64,000 nucleotides of DNA from NCBI GenBank assembly GCA_951406725.2, contig OX597838.1, positions 2,542,001 to 2,606,000 of the forward strand. The letters are read 5' to 3'. Of this stretch, positions 1 through 13,885 are shown in pieces. The notes beneath the pieces were generated by a model. The model made no database searches and was not told where the DNA came from. It was given only the letters and a program-made list of their open reading frames with translations. How positions within the stretch are numbered: position 1 is the stretch's first letter; every line of letters starts with the position of its first letter. The position numbers were made by a program, and so were the translations under genes. Origin of the DNA: Octopus vulgaris (Eukaryota).

Positions 1-80
1 CGTTACTGGGTTAATTTCACGAGCTGGCTGTTCTGTTGATCAGATCAACTGGGACACTCATCGTGGTAACCGACGGAGGA
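1..80 (+). mobile_element. 3' end of tRNA-derived SINE (family C)
   Basis: ttaatttcacgagc...gatcaactggg...tcatcgtggtaaccgacggag matches the 3' end of the full copy at 5645-6034. Confidence 0.8.
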
Positions 81-183
81 TCTCTTTTTCTGTTTTGACA
101 TAATAAATAACATTTCACTAATCCTTCGCTCAAAATTTGTTGGTCAAGATTTGATACAATTATCATTATTGAGGCGATTAAAA

Positions 184-398
184 GGCGGCAAGCTGGCAGA
201 ATCGTTAGCATGCCGGACAAAATGCTTGGCGGCATTTCATCTGTCTTTACGTTCTAAGTTCAAATTCCGCGGGGTCAAATTTTCCTTTCATCCTTTCGGG
301 GTCAATAAAATAAATGCCATTTAAGCACTGGGATCAATGTAATCGGCTGGCTGCCTCCCTCGAAATTGCTGGCCTTGTGCCAATTGCAGAAATGATTA
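184..398 (+). mobile_element. tRNA-derived SINE family A, near full length
   Basis: A-box-like agctggcagaatcgtta, B-box gttcaaattcc, central cctttcatcctttcggggtc-ataaa block (resembles the MetaSINE domain, from memory); about 12 related copies in window. Confidence 0.85.
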
Positions 399-596
399 TT
401 AATAAGGGGATTAACTGCAGAAAGGATTATTAAAGCGATTAACTGCCAAAAACGTTAACCTTTCGAAGAAGATGCTTAACAAAGTTTCTTACGTCTCTTT
501 ATGTTCTGAGTTCAAATCCCGACGGGGTCGATTTTGATTTTCATTCTTCTGATATCGATAAAATAGGAAAGGGGGAGACAAACAGAGAGGCAGACA

Positions 597-656
<60 letters not shown>

Positions 657-719
657 GACAGACAGGCAGATAGATAGATAAATAGATAGACAGACAGACA
701 GACAAACAGGCAGACAAAC

Positions 720-822
<103 letters not shown>

Positions 823-1064
823 CAGATAGATAAATAGATAGATTGATAGATATATATATAGAGAGAGTGATAGGTAAATGGATGGATAGATAGATAGACC
901 TATACATAGACATTTTTTCGAATTAGATAAGTTGTAATTAAATTAAATTGATTTTTCGAACGCAAAATGAAATAATTACTTAAAAGACACCAAAGCAGGC
1001 ACACAAACGCATACACAGACATAGACACACTCACACATAGGCACACGCACACACGCACACAGGG

Positions 1065-1104
<40 letters not shown>

Positions 1105-2011
1105 GCAAGCACACACACACGCAAGCACACACACGCATATATACATATATATATATATATGTGCGTCTTCTCATATACTGATGTATCCACATATATAAAC
1201 ATACAGAGGTGAATGAATACCAAGATATACACATACATACACCCATGCATTCATGTATGCACTATTTATATATATTTGCGTGTGTATGTGTGTGTGTCTG
1301 TGCGTTCGTGCATGTGTGCTCGCGCGCCTGCACACACGGAGTCACACATTCGCATGCGCATATGTATGAATGCATATACATGCATATATATATTTGTGTG
1401 TGTATGTGTATATATATATGTTTGTGTATGTGTGTATGTGTATATGTGTGTGTGTGCATATGTATGCATATATATGTATATATATATATATAGGTGGTTG
1501 TATGAGTACAATAGCAAGAGCTGGTGTGTGTAAGTGTTGTAGACTAGAAATTATATAGATTATCCACATTAACGGAAGACAACAAACAGGAATCCTCCAT
1601 GTTTGAAATTTAATTAAAGCTGAAAGCACCAATCAGAGTTGACCATCCAACTATTGCAGTTCTTTAGCTCCTTATTGATTGGTTCAATATCATACTATAC
1701 TGATGGTGGTGGTCGAGATAGTGATCGCAATGGTGGTGGATGCGTGGTGTAGCGGTGATGGTGATGCTGATGGTGATGATGGTAGTGGGTTGTCAGCTTG
1801 GTCTAGCTTCATTGCTACTGTTGATGGTGCAGTCGGCGGTGGTGGTCGCGGTGGTTGCTGTGTTGCATCGTTTGAGGGGGTGAGAGTAGTTGGTGGTGGT
1901 GGTGATGGATGCTGTGGGTAATCGTGGTGGGGGTGGAGGTGGGGGTGATGGTAGTGGTGGCAGCGGTAGTTATGGACATGGTTGAAGTGGCAATATTAGT
2001 GGGTTTGTTAA

Positions 2012-2216
2012 GGCGCTGATCTGGTATGCTGGACGGCACCATGCCGGACGAAATGTTGAGCCGCATTTCGTCCGTCTACATGTTCTGAGATCAAGTTGTG
2101 CCGATGTCGACTTTGTCTTTTATCCTTTTGGGGTCGGTAAAATAAGTAAATAAGTACCAGCTGTGTATTGGGGTCGATGTCATAGACTTACCTCCGTCCT
2201 CACTCCGAAATTGCTA
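2012..2216 (+). mobile_element. SINE family A, diverged
   Basis: gcatttcgtccgtc...ttttggggtcggtaaaataagt...ggggtcgatgt, followed by an (ATT)n tail. Confidence 0.8.
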
Positions 2217-2225
2217 TACATTAAA

Positions 2226-2284
<59 letters not shown>

Positions 2285-2794
2285 GTTGCTAGTATTGACG
2301 TCTTCTCTGTTTTCTTTGCCATCCATGGCCGAAGATAATCAAACTATGACCTCTCAGCATGTCAACTTTCTTTGCAGACGATAGGGTGAAACGTTTGCAT
2401 CGTTGCATTTTTCTTTCTTTTTTTTTTGATTACCTCGATAACTGACGAGATGCCGGAGCAGGTTTCCGCCCCCACCTCCTTCGACATCCGAAACTTATAT
2501 ATATATATATATATGATGATGATGGACTCTCCCGTCGGTTTCGACGTATGAGGCTCCGGCAATGCACTCTTTCTTTGTCAGTCATAATGTTTATGTCGAA
2601 TGTGACACTTAAGTCCCGCCAACGATTTGCAAAAGAAGCCCACTGATCCTGCAAGTGTAAGGATTACAGGTCAGTGCTAGCGGTATACTTGCAGCCACTT
2701 TTCTCCTTTGCCTTGCACCCCCGAAACCTATTAATGCTGGTTGCAGCAAAGTTTCTAATACCATTTTGATACAACGATCTCCATTTTGTTCGTT

Positions 2795-3145
2795 CCAAGG
2801 TGGTTCGCTCAGCTTAGACTAAGGATTGAAAAGTTTGATATACAACCAAGGGATTCTGGATTCGATCTCATTCCGTGGCATTTTTGGTAAATGTTACTTT
2901 GTACAGACCCGCATCATGTGAGTGTAATTACGTAGATGTAAACTGTAGCGAAGCCTGCTGGATAAACTTTACCTGTAATTCAAATGGTCCAGCCTTGTCA
3001 CATAATGCGTCATGCTTATTCTGTGTGAGAATTATGTTGAAGGTACATGTCTGTGGAATACTCAGCCACTTACAAACTAAATCAATGAGCATGTAATTCA
3101 CTTGATTGAACAACTGGATCCTCGTCGTCGATCAACGGAGAACCA
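2795..3145 (+). mobile_element. modular/chimeric tRNA-derived SINE (family B-like body, family C tail)
   Basis: ggattcgatc B-box, then gtgagtgtaattacgtagatgtaaactg (family B-like), then acctgtaattcaaatggtccagccttgtcac...cctcgtcgtcg (family C tail). Confidence 0.65.
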
Positions 3146-3233
3146 TCAAGACCACCATCACCATTGCTATTAGTATTGCTGAGCTGCCCTCACTACAGAT
3201 GCAATATTATTTTTGCTGTTGTTGTCGTCGTCG

Positions 3234-3328
<95 letters not shown>

Positions 3329-4006
3329 ACTGCTGCTGTTAATGCTGTCGCTTTTTATACCCCCAACTCACTGGATTAACTGGTGGCGGACGGGTATCAG
3401 GAGATGGAATAAAGAAGAAATATAAATCCGTTTTTCTTTTACGGATTATCAACCCTGGAGCCGTTGCTCTTGTTTCCGGCACTAGAGGGCACTGTTGCTG
3501 CTGCATTTCTGTCACTTACTTAATGGTAATGGCGGCAGCATTGTCTTGATTTTGTGATATAAGTTTTTATGCATCAAACACATAAATATACATTTAAACT
3601 AATGAATAAAATCTGAATACAGGTGTATTAATGCGTGTGTGTTTGTGGGTGTGTATGTACGAATATGTTTATTTAATGACAATTTAACATTTCATATATG
3701 TATGGGAATAGTACAGTTATGTATTTATGTGTGTGTGACAGAATGTACGTGCGTACACATATGCATAGAAATGTATATGTAAGTGTTTGTAGATATGTGT
3801 GTGCGTGTTTGCGTGTGTGTGTATAGAGGTACGCAAGTGAGAGTTTGCATGCGTTTATATCTTATGTGTATATATATGTGTGTGTTTGTATGTATTTTTA
3901 TCTATGTCTGTATATATATATTTACGTATATGTCTTTGCATGCATGCATGCATATGTACGTATTTATGTATGAATACAAGCATGCATGTGTGGATTAATG
4001 CATGCA

Positions 4007-4007
<1 letters not shown>

Positions 4008-4037
<30 letters not shown>

Positions 4038-4606
4038 AAGAAGAGGAGGAGGAGGAGGAGGAAGAAGAAGAAGAAGAAGAAGAAGAAGAAGAAGAAGAAG
4101 AAGAAGAAGAGGAGGAGGAGGAAGAAGAAGAAGAAGAAGAAGAAGAAGAAGAAGAAGAAGAAGAAGAAGAAGAGGAGAAGAAGAAGAAGAAGAAGAAGAA
4201 GAAGAAGAAGAAGAGGAGGAGGAGAAGAAGAAGAAGAAGAAGAAGAAGAAGAAGAAGAAGAAGAAGAAGAAGAAGAAGAAGAAGAAGAAGAAGAAGAAGA
4301 GGAGGAAGAAGAAGAAGAAGAAGAAGAAGAAGAGGAGAAGAAGAAGAAGAAGAAGAAGAAGAAGAAGAGGAGGAGGAGGAGGAAGAAGAAGAAGAAGAAG
4401 TGGAAGAAGAAGAAGAAGAAGAAGAGGAGGAAGAAGAAGAAGAAGAAGAAGAAGAAGAAGAAGAGGAGGAAGAAGAAGAAGAAGAAGAAGAGGAGAAGAA
4501 GAAGAAGAAGAAGAAGAAGAGGAGAAGAAGAAGAAGAAGAAGAAGAAGAAGAAGAAGAAGAAGAAGAAGAAGAAGAAGAAGAAGAAGAAGAAGAAGAAGA
4601 AGAAGA
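4008..4606 (+). repeat. ~600-bp (GAA)n/(GGA)n polypurine tract
   Basis: directly visible; a single T interruption near 4401. Confidence 0.97.
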
Positions 4607-4639
4607 TTATATATACATATGTGTTTATATGTTTATATA

Positions 4640-5211
4640 TGTGTCATCCCATAGAAAATGCAGGTTTTTTTTCAATTGCACGAAATAAAAGTCGCAGGCG
4701 GACGGGATAAACTAAAATTGCATCAATTTGCTACGAAATCAGGTTGTAATTTTACCTTGTACTTATTCTTAGTGCAAGTTTTAAAGGGTGCAATTCGATT
4801 TTAACAGTTTTAACAGAGTGAGGAATATTAATGCAGTACAAGGGCATCGGACAAAAAGCAAAAGACAGTGTCAACGATGGTTCTAGAAATTCTGAGCCAT
4901 AAACAACAGCCTAGAAGGTGAGCCTCGTCGTGGAAGGTCTGTAGAGCTCGACAAGGACATCCTACAAACCCTGGTGGAACAAAATCCCATCTTATCTGTT
5001 GAGGAACTGGTAGGGAAACTTGTATTTGTTCATTTAACCAGTTAGCGCCAGAAGAAAATATATGGTTTCAAGAGAAAATGTATTCTTCCATCAGGATTAA
5101 TGCTTAGACACACACAGCGAGGATGACACTGCAAAGGTTGGATCAGTTTCAATGGGAAACGATGCCCCGACCACCATATTGCTGGACATTGCCCCATCTG
5201 ATTATCATTTA
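4640..5211 (+). mobile_element. decayed, internally deleted mariner (DD34D) transposon
   Basis: left-TIR-like gtcatcccatagaaaatgc; frameshifted FFHQD/NA*THTARMTLQRLDQFQWETMPRPPY/DIAPSDYHL matches the mariner HDNARPH and YSPDLAPSDYHL motifs; 5' part aligns with 8583-9136. Confidence 0.88.
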
Positions 5212-5289
5212 GATATTATCTATCTGTTATATATATATATATATATATATATTGATAATGTGTGTGTGTGTATGTATGTATGTATATAG

Positions 5290-5418
5290 ACCAGGTTTCT
5301 TTCACTTTCCACCTACCAAATCCTCCAACAAGGATTTGATTGGCCCAAGGCTTTGGTTGTCACGTGGTAAGACTGAACCCGGATCCATGTGATCGGGAAG
5401 CAAACATCTTACTACAAG
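5290..5418 (-). mobile_element. SINE family B head fragment
   Basis: tttctttcactttcc-ctaccaaatcc...gactgaacccgg-ccatgtg, same block as 49405-49560. Confidence 0.7.
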
Positions 5419-5506
5419 ATTATCTGCTTACTTTAATATATTCATAACTTTGTTGACATTCCATCGATTACGACGGTGAGGATTACAACTGACGGAGTCG
5501 TGAAAT

Positions 5507-5570
<64 letters not shown>

Positions 5571-5579
5571 CCTAGTATA

Positions 5580-5644
<65 letters not shown>

Positions 5645-5646
<2 letters not shown>

Positions 5647-6034
5647 AGGCGCAATGGCCCAGTGGTTAGGGCAGCGGACTCGCTGTCGTAGGATCGCGGT
5701 TCCGATTCCCAGACCGGACGTTGTGAGTGTTTATTGAGCGAAAACACCTAAAGCTCCACGAGGCTCCAGCAGGGGATGGTGGTGATCCCTGCTGTACTCC
5801 TTCACCACAACTTTCTCTCACTCTTACTTCCTGTTTCTGTTGTACCTGTATTTCAAAGGGCCAGCCTTGTCACTCTATGTGTCACGCTGAATATCCCCGA
5901 GAACTACGTTAAGGGTGCACGTGTCTGTGGAGTGCTCAGCCACTTACACGTTAATTTCACGAGCAGGCTGTTCAGTTGATTTGGATCAACCGGAACCCTC
6001 ATCGTCGTAACCGACGGAGTGCTTCCATCCATCC
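5645..6034 (+). mobile_element. full-length tRNA-derived SINE (family C)
   Basis: tRNA-like head ggcgcaatggcccagtggttagggcagcggactcgc...ggttccgattccc (A and B boxes), body, and 3' ccctcatcgtcgtaaccgacggag tail; flanked by (TA)n on both sides. Confidence 0.9.
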
Positions 6035-6231
6035 ATATATATATATATATATATTGATTGATTGATTCTTGGATAGACTGGTTGATTGATCGATTGATTG
6101 ATCATACAGATATATTGTAATGGATATGCGTTACTATATATGTGTACGTATATATCTCTATATATGTGTGTGCGTGTGTGCGTGCCTGTTCCTGCGTCTT
6201 AATTGAAAAAATAATAATAATGATAATAATC

Positions 6232-6289
<58 letters not shown>

Positions 6290-7099
6290 CATTATTGCTG
6301 TTGTTGTTGTTGTTATTATTATTATTGTTATTATTATTATTATTACTACTATTCATATTATTATCATCATCATCATCATCATCACTGCAATTATTATTTT
6401 ATATAACACATGTTTTCATTAAATAAATAAAATTTGACTACCCACTGAAAATGAGTACACACACACACAAACACGCAAATATGTGTATATATATATATAT
6501 ATATGTAAATATGGCAGCCATACTGTATAGTATGGTCTTTTAATTCCATACCCAGTTCAAAATCATACCCTTCCTTTGTTAAATAACCAGACACAACCAT
6601 TAAAGAGAGTCCATCAACATCATTAAAACCGAAGGAGGGAGAGAGAGAGAGAGAGAGAGATGGAGAGAGAGAAAGAGAATGAGAAACAGAAAGACAGAAA
6701 GAAAGAGAGTGAGAAGTGAAAATCTGCGGCGCGCTCTCCTCATCACAATGTTGCTTTTGAGTGTGTGTGTGTGTGGGTGTATAGAACAGTTGTGGAAGAT
6801 ATTGTATGGAGGAGGATATAAAATTGATAGAGAGCACAGTGCTCATAGCAACATGTATTAAGAGAAGATAAAGAAAGGGTAATAAATAAGGTATTGATGA
6901 CGAACATAAACATTTATTATGGTACCTATAAAATATTACAATTGCTGACAAATCAATATCAATTATAAGATCGATGAATTTGTCCAACAATAAAAGAGAA
7001 AATTGGGAAAAGGATAGAAAAAAAAAAGGAATAAGCAAAATGTTTTCCTTCTCACGCAAGAAGGAGAATTTGATATTTGGTGGTTATTTGTGTGTGTGT

Positions 7100-7140
<41 letters not shown>

Positions 7141-7215
7141 TTTAAATGTGTGTCAGCGGTGAGTGTGTGTGTGTGTATATATATATATACAGAGAGAGAG
7201 AGAGAGAGAGACAGA

Positions 7216-7324
<109 letters not shown>

Positions 7325-7467
7325 ATGGATATGAAATTTTATAATAGTTATAAAATATATATGCAAAGATAATGAGAGTTTTATATTAATATATAGATAT
7401 AGATGTATAGCTATATTAGAAAGATAGATTTTATATCAATATATATATATTATAGTATGGTATGTTA

Positions 7468-7559
<92 letters not shown>

Positions 7560-7703
7560 CATATATATGTCTATCTCTACTTACATACGTATACTGTTAC
7601 AAACTAGAGATAGAAGAGAACGTTAATAAAATGCTCGTATGAGAACATAGTCGTGTTTTCAATAAAACGTTTTTTCACAGGAAGTAATTCCTTCATTGAA
7701 AAT

Positions 7704-7855
<152 letters not shown>

Positions 7856-8355
7856 ATTGACAGATCTATAGATAGGTAGATAGATAGAAAGAGAGAGAGA
7901 AAAAGAGATAGAGAAAGAGAGAACAGAAACACTATTTTTCTAAGTCGTGTAAGAATTTTAGCAAAAACCTCGATAAACATAATAGGAACTGTTGTACAGG
8001 TTATTAATAAAATAGAATACAATCCTTGTTAAAAAGCAAGGAAACTATAAAAAAATGCCACACACACACACATGCATGTATGTATGTATATATATATATA
8101 TATATACATATTACTGGGCACTCTACATCTCGGGCTTCAGCGGCAGATCATAAAGACTAAAGAAAATTACTGTTTTATATAAGAAGCTGGATAAATTTAT
8201 GGCGGAAAGTACGGAAGGCGCCGAAAAATAACGAGAATTCTGTTATGATTGGTTTTCTTGTAAAAGAAAAACCACATCTTTACAGATAGAAGTTTAATAA
8301 CCGTACGTTAAAAAAAAATAATTGGATATAAAGTGACAGAAATGTCGTTTATAGA

Positions 8356-8516
<161 letters not shown>

Positions 8517-8582
8517 AAGAAGAAGAAGAAGAAGAAGAAGAAGAAGAAGAAGAAGAAGAAAGTATATGTGTTTGTTTGTATA

Positions 8583-9136
8583 TGTGTCATCTCATGGATA
8601 AAGCGAATTTTTCAATTGCATGAACTAAAAGTCGTGGTGGGGCGGGATAAACTACATGCATTAACTTGCTATAAAAGCAGGTAGTAATTTTACCTTGTGC
8701 TTATTCTTAGTACAAGTTTTGAAGAGTGCAGTTTCATTTTAACACTTTTTCAAAACTATAATGGAAGTGGCAAAGGAACATATTCGGCACATTTTGCTTT
8801 ATGAGTTCAATAAAGGAAACAACGCAACGGAAAGTGCGAGAAATATTAATGCAGTCTATGGGGACTGGACAATAAGCATAAGCCAGTGGTTCCAGAAATT
8901 CCAAGCCCAAAACTCGAGCCTAGAACGTGAGCCTCATCCTGAAAGATCTGTAGAACAGAACTGGAGGAGTATTTTTTGTCACAGACAAGTGAATTATGGA
9001 AGAGGGGCCTTGCAAGTCTATCAGATAAATGGAGGAGCATTGTAGAAAATGAAGGAGAGTATAGTTTAAATTAAAAAACAAATTTTGAAAAATAAAAGAG
9101 GCATAAAAAACGCATTGTTTATGGGATGACCCAACA
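8583..9136 (+). mobile_element. internally deleted mariner with both TIRs
   Basis: N-terminal HTH MEVAKEHIRHILLYEFNKGNNATESARNINAVYGD (ORF 8761), C-terminal [24 protein letters not shown]; right TIR cgcattgtttatgggatgacccaa is the reverse complement of the left-TIR consensus. Confidence 0.9.
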
Positions 9137-9154
9137 TACATATATATATATATG

Positions 9155-9225
<71 letters not shown>

Positions 9226-9371
9226 TATATACTTATGTATGTATATATATATATATATACTTATACATATATATGTACTTATATGCATATATATATACAT
9301 ATATATATATATATATGCATATGTATATTTACTTATATATATATGCATGCACATATATATGTGTATATATG

Positions 9372-9403
<32 letters not shown>

Positions 9404-9449
9404 TATAGACACTTACATACATCCAAGCATATATATATATGTGTGTGTG

Positions 9450-9485
<36 letters not shown>

Positions 9486-10041
9486 CTGTGCAAATAAACT
9501 AAAGTATTTTGTTTCCGTGTAAATCACCTCAGTAGCGTGCCTGATAAAACTAAACAGAATTCGTGTAAATTTGATTTAAATTATAAAGGGGGATGTCGTC
9601 GGCGTTAGTGATAATAAGACGATGGCGGTTCCGGCGGTAGACTATTGTTTGTATTATAATTGTTGGAGGGGAGGGTGGGTATGATGGTGGAGATTCCCAA
9701 GGGGATGATGCTGAACGGGTTGAGTTGGTGTATGGCTGAGCCGTAAGGATTTGGGAATAGCTTACGTGTAACACATTCTATATATAACGTCGACATACAT
9801 GTATATGGATATGCAAGTAATTCATTTATATATATATATGTGTATAAGGTTTGTAGATATGTGCATGTGTGCATGTGTATGTGTGTATGTGTGTATATAC
9901 CAGCGTAAGCGCATAAACATTTATTAATAAAGCTGCAAAGACATCACCAAAGTTGTTACTCAGAGTTTCACGTTCCCGTTCGTCGGAGAGACTCGGTTGA
10001 GAATGAACATAAACTGCAGCTTTATTTATAAAGTATATAGG

Positions 10042-10083
<42 letters not shown>

Positions 10084-10300
10084 CATGCATGCATACATAC
10101 ATACATATATACATGCATACATACATGCATACATGCATGCATGCATACAGTATATACCTATACTCTCTTATTAACTCTGAGTACACTTGAACTTGTGAAG
10201 ACCTTCCGATGCACAAATAATCTGTGGAGAGAATCCCGCTCCTAGCCCGGATATGTATGACAATTCATTAGGTTATGAATGACATCAGGAATATATACAT

Positions 10301-10388
<88 letters not shown>

Positions 10389-10399
10389 TTATTTATATA

Positions 10400-10437
<38 letters not shown>

Positions 10438-10442
<5 letters not shown>

Positions 10443-10890
10443 TCGGGGTGAGTACTTGATAATTATAAGCACCTGTGTATACCGTTTGGTGGTGTAGGTG
10501 GTGGAGTAAATTGTTCAAAATAAAATAAAAACATGATGCGAAGGATTCAGCGGTACATATGTTTCGGGCCTTTATTAGACAGATTTATAACAATGCATAA
10601 TGTATGTCTGTGGCCTTCTTCAGCCGCGCACAACAGCTTCCACAAGGACATGTGTTACATCAAAAATTCTTGGTTGGGGATGCAAATCCTCTCATTCACG
10701 TACGACATAATGCGGCAGCAGCATAGAATTGAAGCGTCCATCTCTTTCTTCTCTCAATGTAGAATCTGTTGTGCGCGGCTGAAGAAGGCCACAGACATAC
10801 ATTATGCATTGTTATAAATCTGTCTAATAAAGGCCCGAAACATATGTACCGCTGAATCCTTCGCATCATGTTTTTATTTTATTTTGAACA

Positions 10891-10895
<5 letters not shown>
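10438..10895. mobile_element. palindromic Penelope-like remnant with perfect 130-bp inverted arms (10507-10636 / 10766-10895)
   Basis: arms are exact reverse complements around a 129-nt spacer; (TA)n on both flanks; each arm carries a hammerhead motif. Confidence 0.8.
10775..10852 (+). ncRNA. type I hammerhead ribozyme motif (mirror copy on - strand at 10550-10627)
   Basis: GCGG CUGAAGA A GGCC[41 nt]GGCC C GAAA CAUAUG UA CCGC: stem I GCGG/CCGC, palindromic stem III ACAUAUGU, GUA cleavage triplet; A.C mismatch at the base of stem II. Confidence 0.75.
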
Positions 10896-10938
<43 letters not shown>

Positions 10939-10942
<4 letters not shown>

Positions 10943-11112
10943 AGAGTTTACGAAAAAACAAAAGACGAAGGCAGGTGGTGTACAAAACAAACAGATGTAT
11001 TAGTATAACGCTCAGGAATAGAAAAAGTCGTTTACGTTTCGAGCCTACGCTCTTCTACAGAAAGGGACACAGAAAATACAAGGAGAGAAAAAAAATGTGT
11101 GTAGTGGCTAAA
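10939..11112 (-). mobile_element. PLE-like short repeat (family P) with minimal hammerhead variant at 11029-11064
   Basis: minus strand CUUU CUGUAGA A GAGC GUAG GCUC GAAA CG UA; homologous to 37770-37940 and 49214-49390; abuts (TA)n. Confidence 0.75.
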
Positions 11113-11620
11113 GCAGAATAGTGAAACTTTGTAAGATTTTTCTCAGGTTTAATATATATGATCTAAATTTTTCCTCAGATGAAGAATTTAGAAAATCAAA
11201 TGTAGAAGACAGATGCATAGACCAGAGTCAGAAATGCGGTAGGAGTCTGAGGTGACTCGTTGGTCGTGAACAGACGTAGAGACCCTGTAAGTCCATTCAT
11301 CTCCCACTCAGCTGAGAATCGAAAGTATAGCTAGCTAAAGACGGACAGAGAGGAGAGAGAGAGAGAGAGGGGGGAGAGAGAGAGTGATGGGGGAACAGCG
11401 TCGGAAAATTTTGCACTTGATAAACGGCACATAGGAATTAATGGTGTTAAGAGAATTTGTGTCATGATTCGCTGTGCGAAAAGCGACGTGAATTCGTGTA
11501 GTGAAATCGTTGAAACGAAAGGGTGCTGCTGGTCAGGAATTGGTGAATTTTGTCTGATGTTTATGTTAGGAATCATAAAGAATATTTGTTGTCACAAAAA
11601 GCAAAATTCACTTGGAGAAA

Positions 11621-11681
<61 letters not shown>

Positions 11682-11888
11682 ACATTGTCCCTCCCTGTAT
11701 AAATACACAAATACACGCGAGCATGCACACACACACACACAAATATATCATGTATGGGCAATTATATTTGCATATATAAATATGTGTTTAATTCTATATT
11801 GGTGTGTATATTTGCATTCACAAGCATTACACTATCACATATAAAAAATGTACACACACACGCTATATATACAAGATATATGTATATA

Positions 11889-11934
<46 letters not shown>

Positions 11935-11946
11935 TATATCTGTAGC

Positions 11947-11977
<31 letters not shown>

Positions 11978-12022
11978 AGATATATATATATATCTGTGTG
12001 TATATATATGTGTGTGCGCTCG

Positions 12023-12055
<33 letters not shown>

Positions 12056-12178
12056 GAGTGTGTGTGTGTGTCTGTGTGTGACTGTGTGTGTATACATACC
12101 TACACATTTATGTATGTACATATACATATATATAGAGAAAGATAGATAGATAGATAGGTAAGCACAAATATGCATGCT

Positions 12179-12209
<31 letters not shown>

Positions 12210-13090
12210 GTGTGTGTGTGTGGGAGGATTGTTTATGTATCAAGAGAGAGGAAAAGCGATAAAGAGATGGCGCGAAAGAGAGAAGAGCTAACCTGCCACC
12301 CAAACAGCCAACCATTCATACATACATACACACACGCTCACACAATCACGTACAAGTATACACACATGTACAAACATACATACAAACACGTAATGCGTAT
12401 ACACCTGCGTATATATGGCTACGTGAATGAATACCTGCCTGCATATCTTTCAGGAATATTATCCAAGTGTAACTATAACATGGGAGGACAATAGAAGAAG
12501 GCGCGCTTTCTGCTCGGAGAAGCAAAGAATTCTAAAGAATTCTCACAATAGCATCGAGGAATTTGGTAAAGGTCGAGTGAATAGATGACATCAATGTCAA
12601 AATGCAACAATTGCCGTATTGTACACGATTCCACCCCGATGCCCACCCCTCACCCTGCCACCTCCACCACTACCAACACTTGGTGTGAAACCCCGATGTA
12701 GTATATACCAGCAATCAACTATGATTGTATTCATGCTTTATATATTCAGGTATCATGTCTATATATATATACATGTGTGGGTGTATATATCATATATGTG
12801 TTTACGTGTGTGTGCGTTGGTGTGCTTGGGTCTGTTGTTTAATTACTGGGTATGCGTACTTAAAGGTGAGTCTGTGTGAATTGCAACACGGCGTTTCTTG
12901 TTCTCGATCCTCGGGTGGCTCACAAACTCAGAGTATCCACTCTCTTAATTAAACATAACTATACACGGATCCACAGGATCCGAATCCTTATTTTCTTCCT
13001 CTGAATTGCATTATACAAATTATACACCGGTAACACATTACCGTACCCTAAGCGTGTTTATGGCGCCTTATATGTATATATGCGTGTGTT

Positions 13091-13121
<31 letters not shown>

Positions 13122-13429
13122 CACATAATTATAATATATGTGCGTGTCTGTGTGTTTGTGTGCGCGTGTGTGTTAGCGTGTGCGCGTAGCATATATACAT
13201 ACATATATGTATATATTTATAATAAATATAGGCTGTATTTGCAATGTAATATATACAAATATGTTTTTAAGTTTGAATGTATATGTATATATATACATAT
13301 ATATATGTATGTATGTATATATATAGAGAGAGATATATACCTATACACATATATATGCCTATATACATATACACACACTAACATATATATATATACATAT
13401 ATATTCGTGTTATATATATATGTATGTAT

Positions 13430-13502
<73 letters not shown>

Positions 13503-13836
13503 CATACATACATACATACATACATACATACATGCATACATACATACATACATACATGTATGAACATTCTTACATTTATGAAAGTAGGCAATAAAATCTT
13601 GTTTAGTCACGCTTCATTCCAGAATATATATTGAGAAATGTATTAATGAATCCATTCCTGTGTAGCATATATATCTATACATCATATATGTGTGAGTGTG
13701 TGTGTGTATGCATGTTTGTGTGCGCATTGGTGTGAATGCATGTACTTACATATATACATATATGTATGTTTCTATGTGTGTATATGTTTGTATGTATGTA
13801 TGTATGTATGTATGTATGTATGTATGTATGTATATG

Positions 13837-13885
<49 letters not shown>

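Noticed and set aside
3880-4710. Long poly-R/K/E ORFs
   Set aside because: Translation of the (GAA/GGA)n tract, open in all three frames. The same applies to the [12 protein letters not shown], poly-N/I/L ORFs throughout the window.
5645-5720. tRNA gene
   Set aside because: The tRNA-like head continues into a SINE body with no acceptor-stem closure or terminator; the same holds for the other SINE heads.
9505-9540. Minus-strand CUACUGA GGUG auuua CACG GAAAC hammerhead-like string
   Set aside because: Two core substitutions, a mismatched stem II base and no stem III; too degenerate to call.
12860-12880. Strong donor-like aag|gtgagt
   Set aside because: No convincing upstream exon or reading frame; isolated splice motifs are common.
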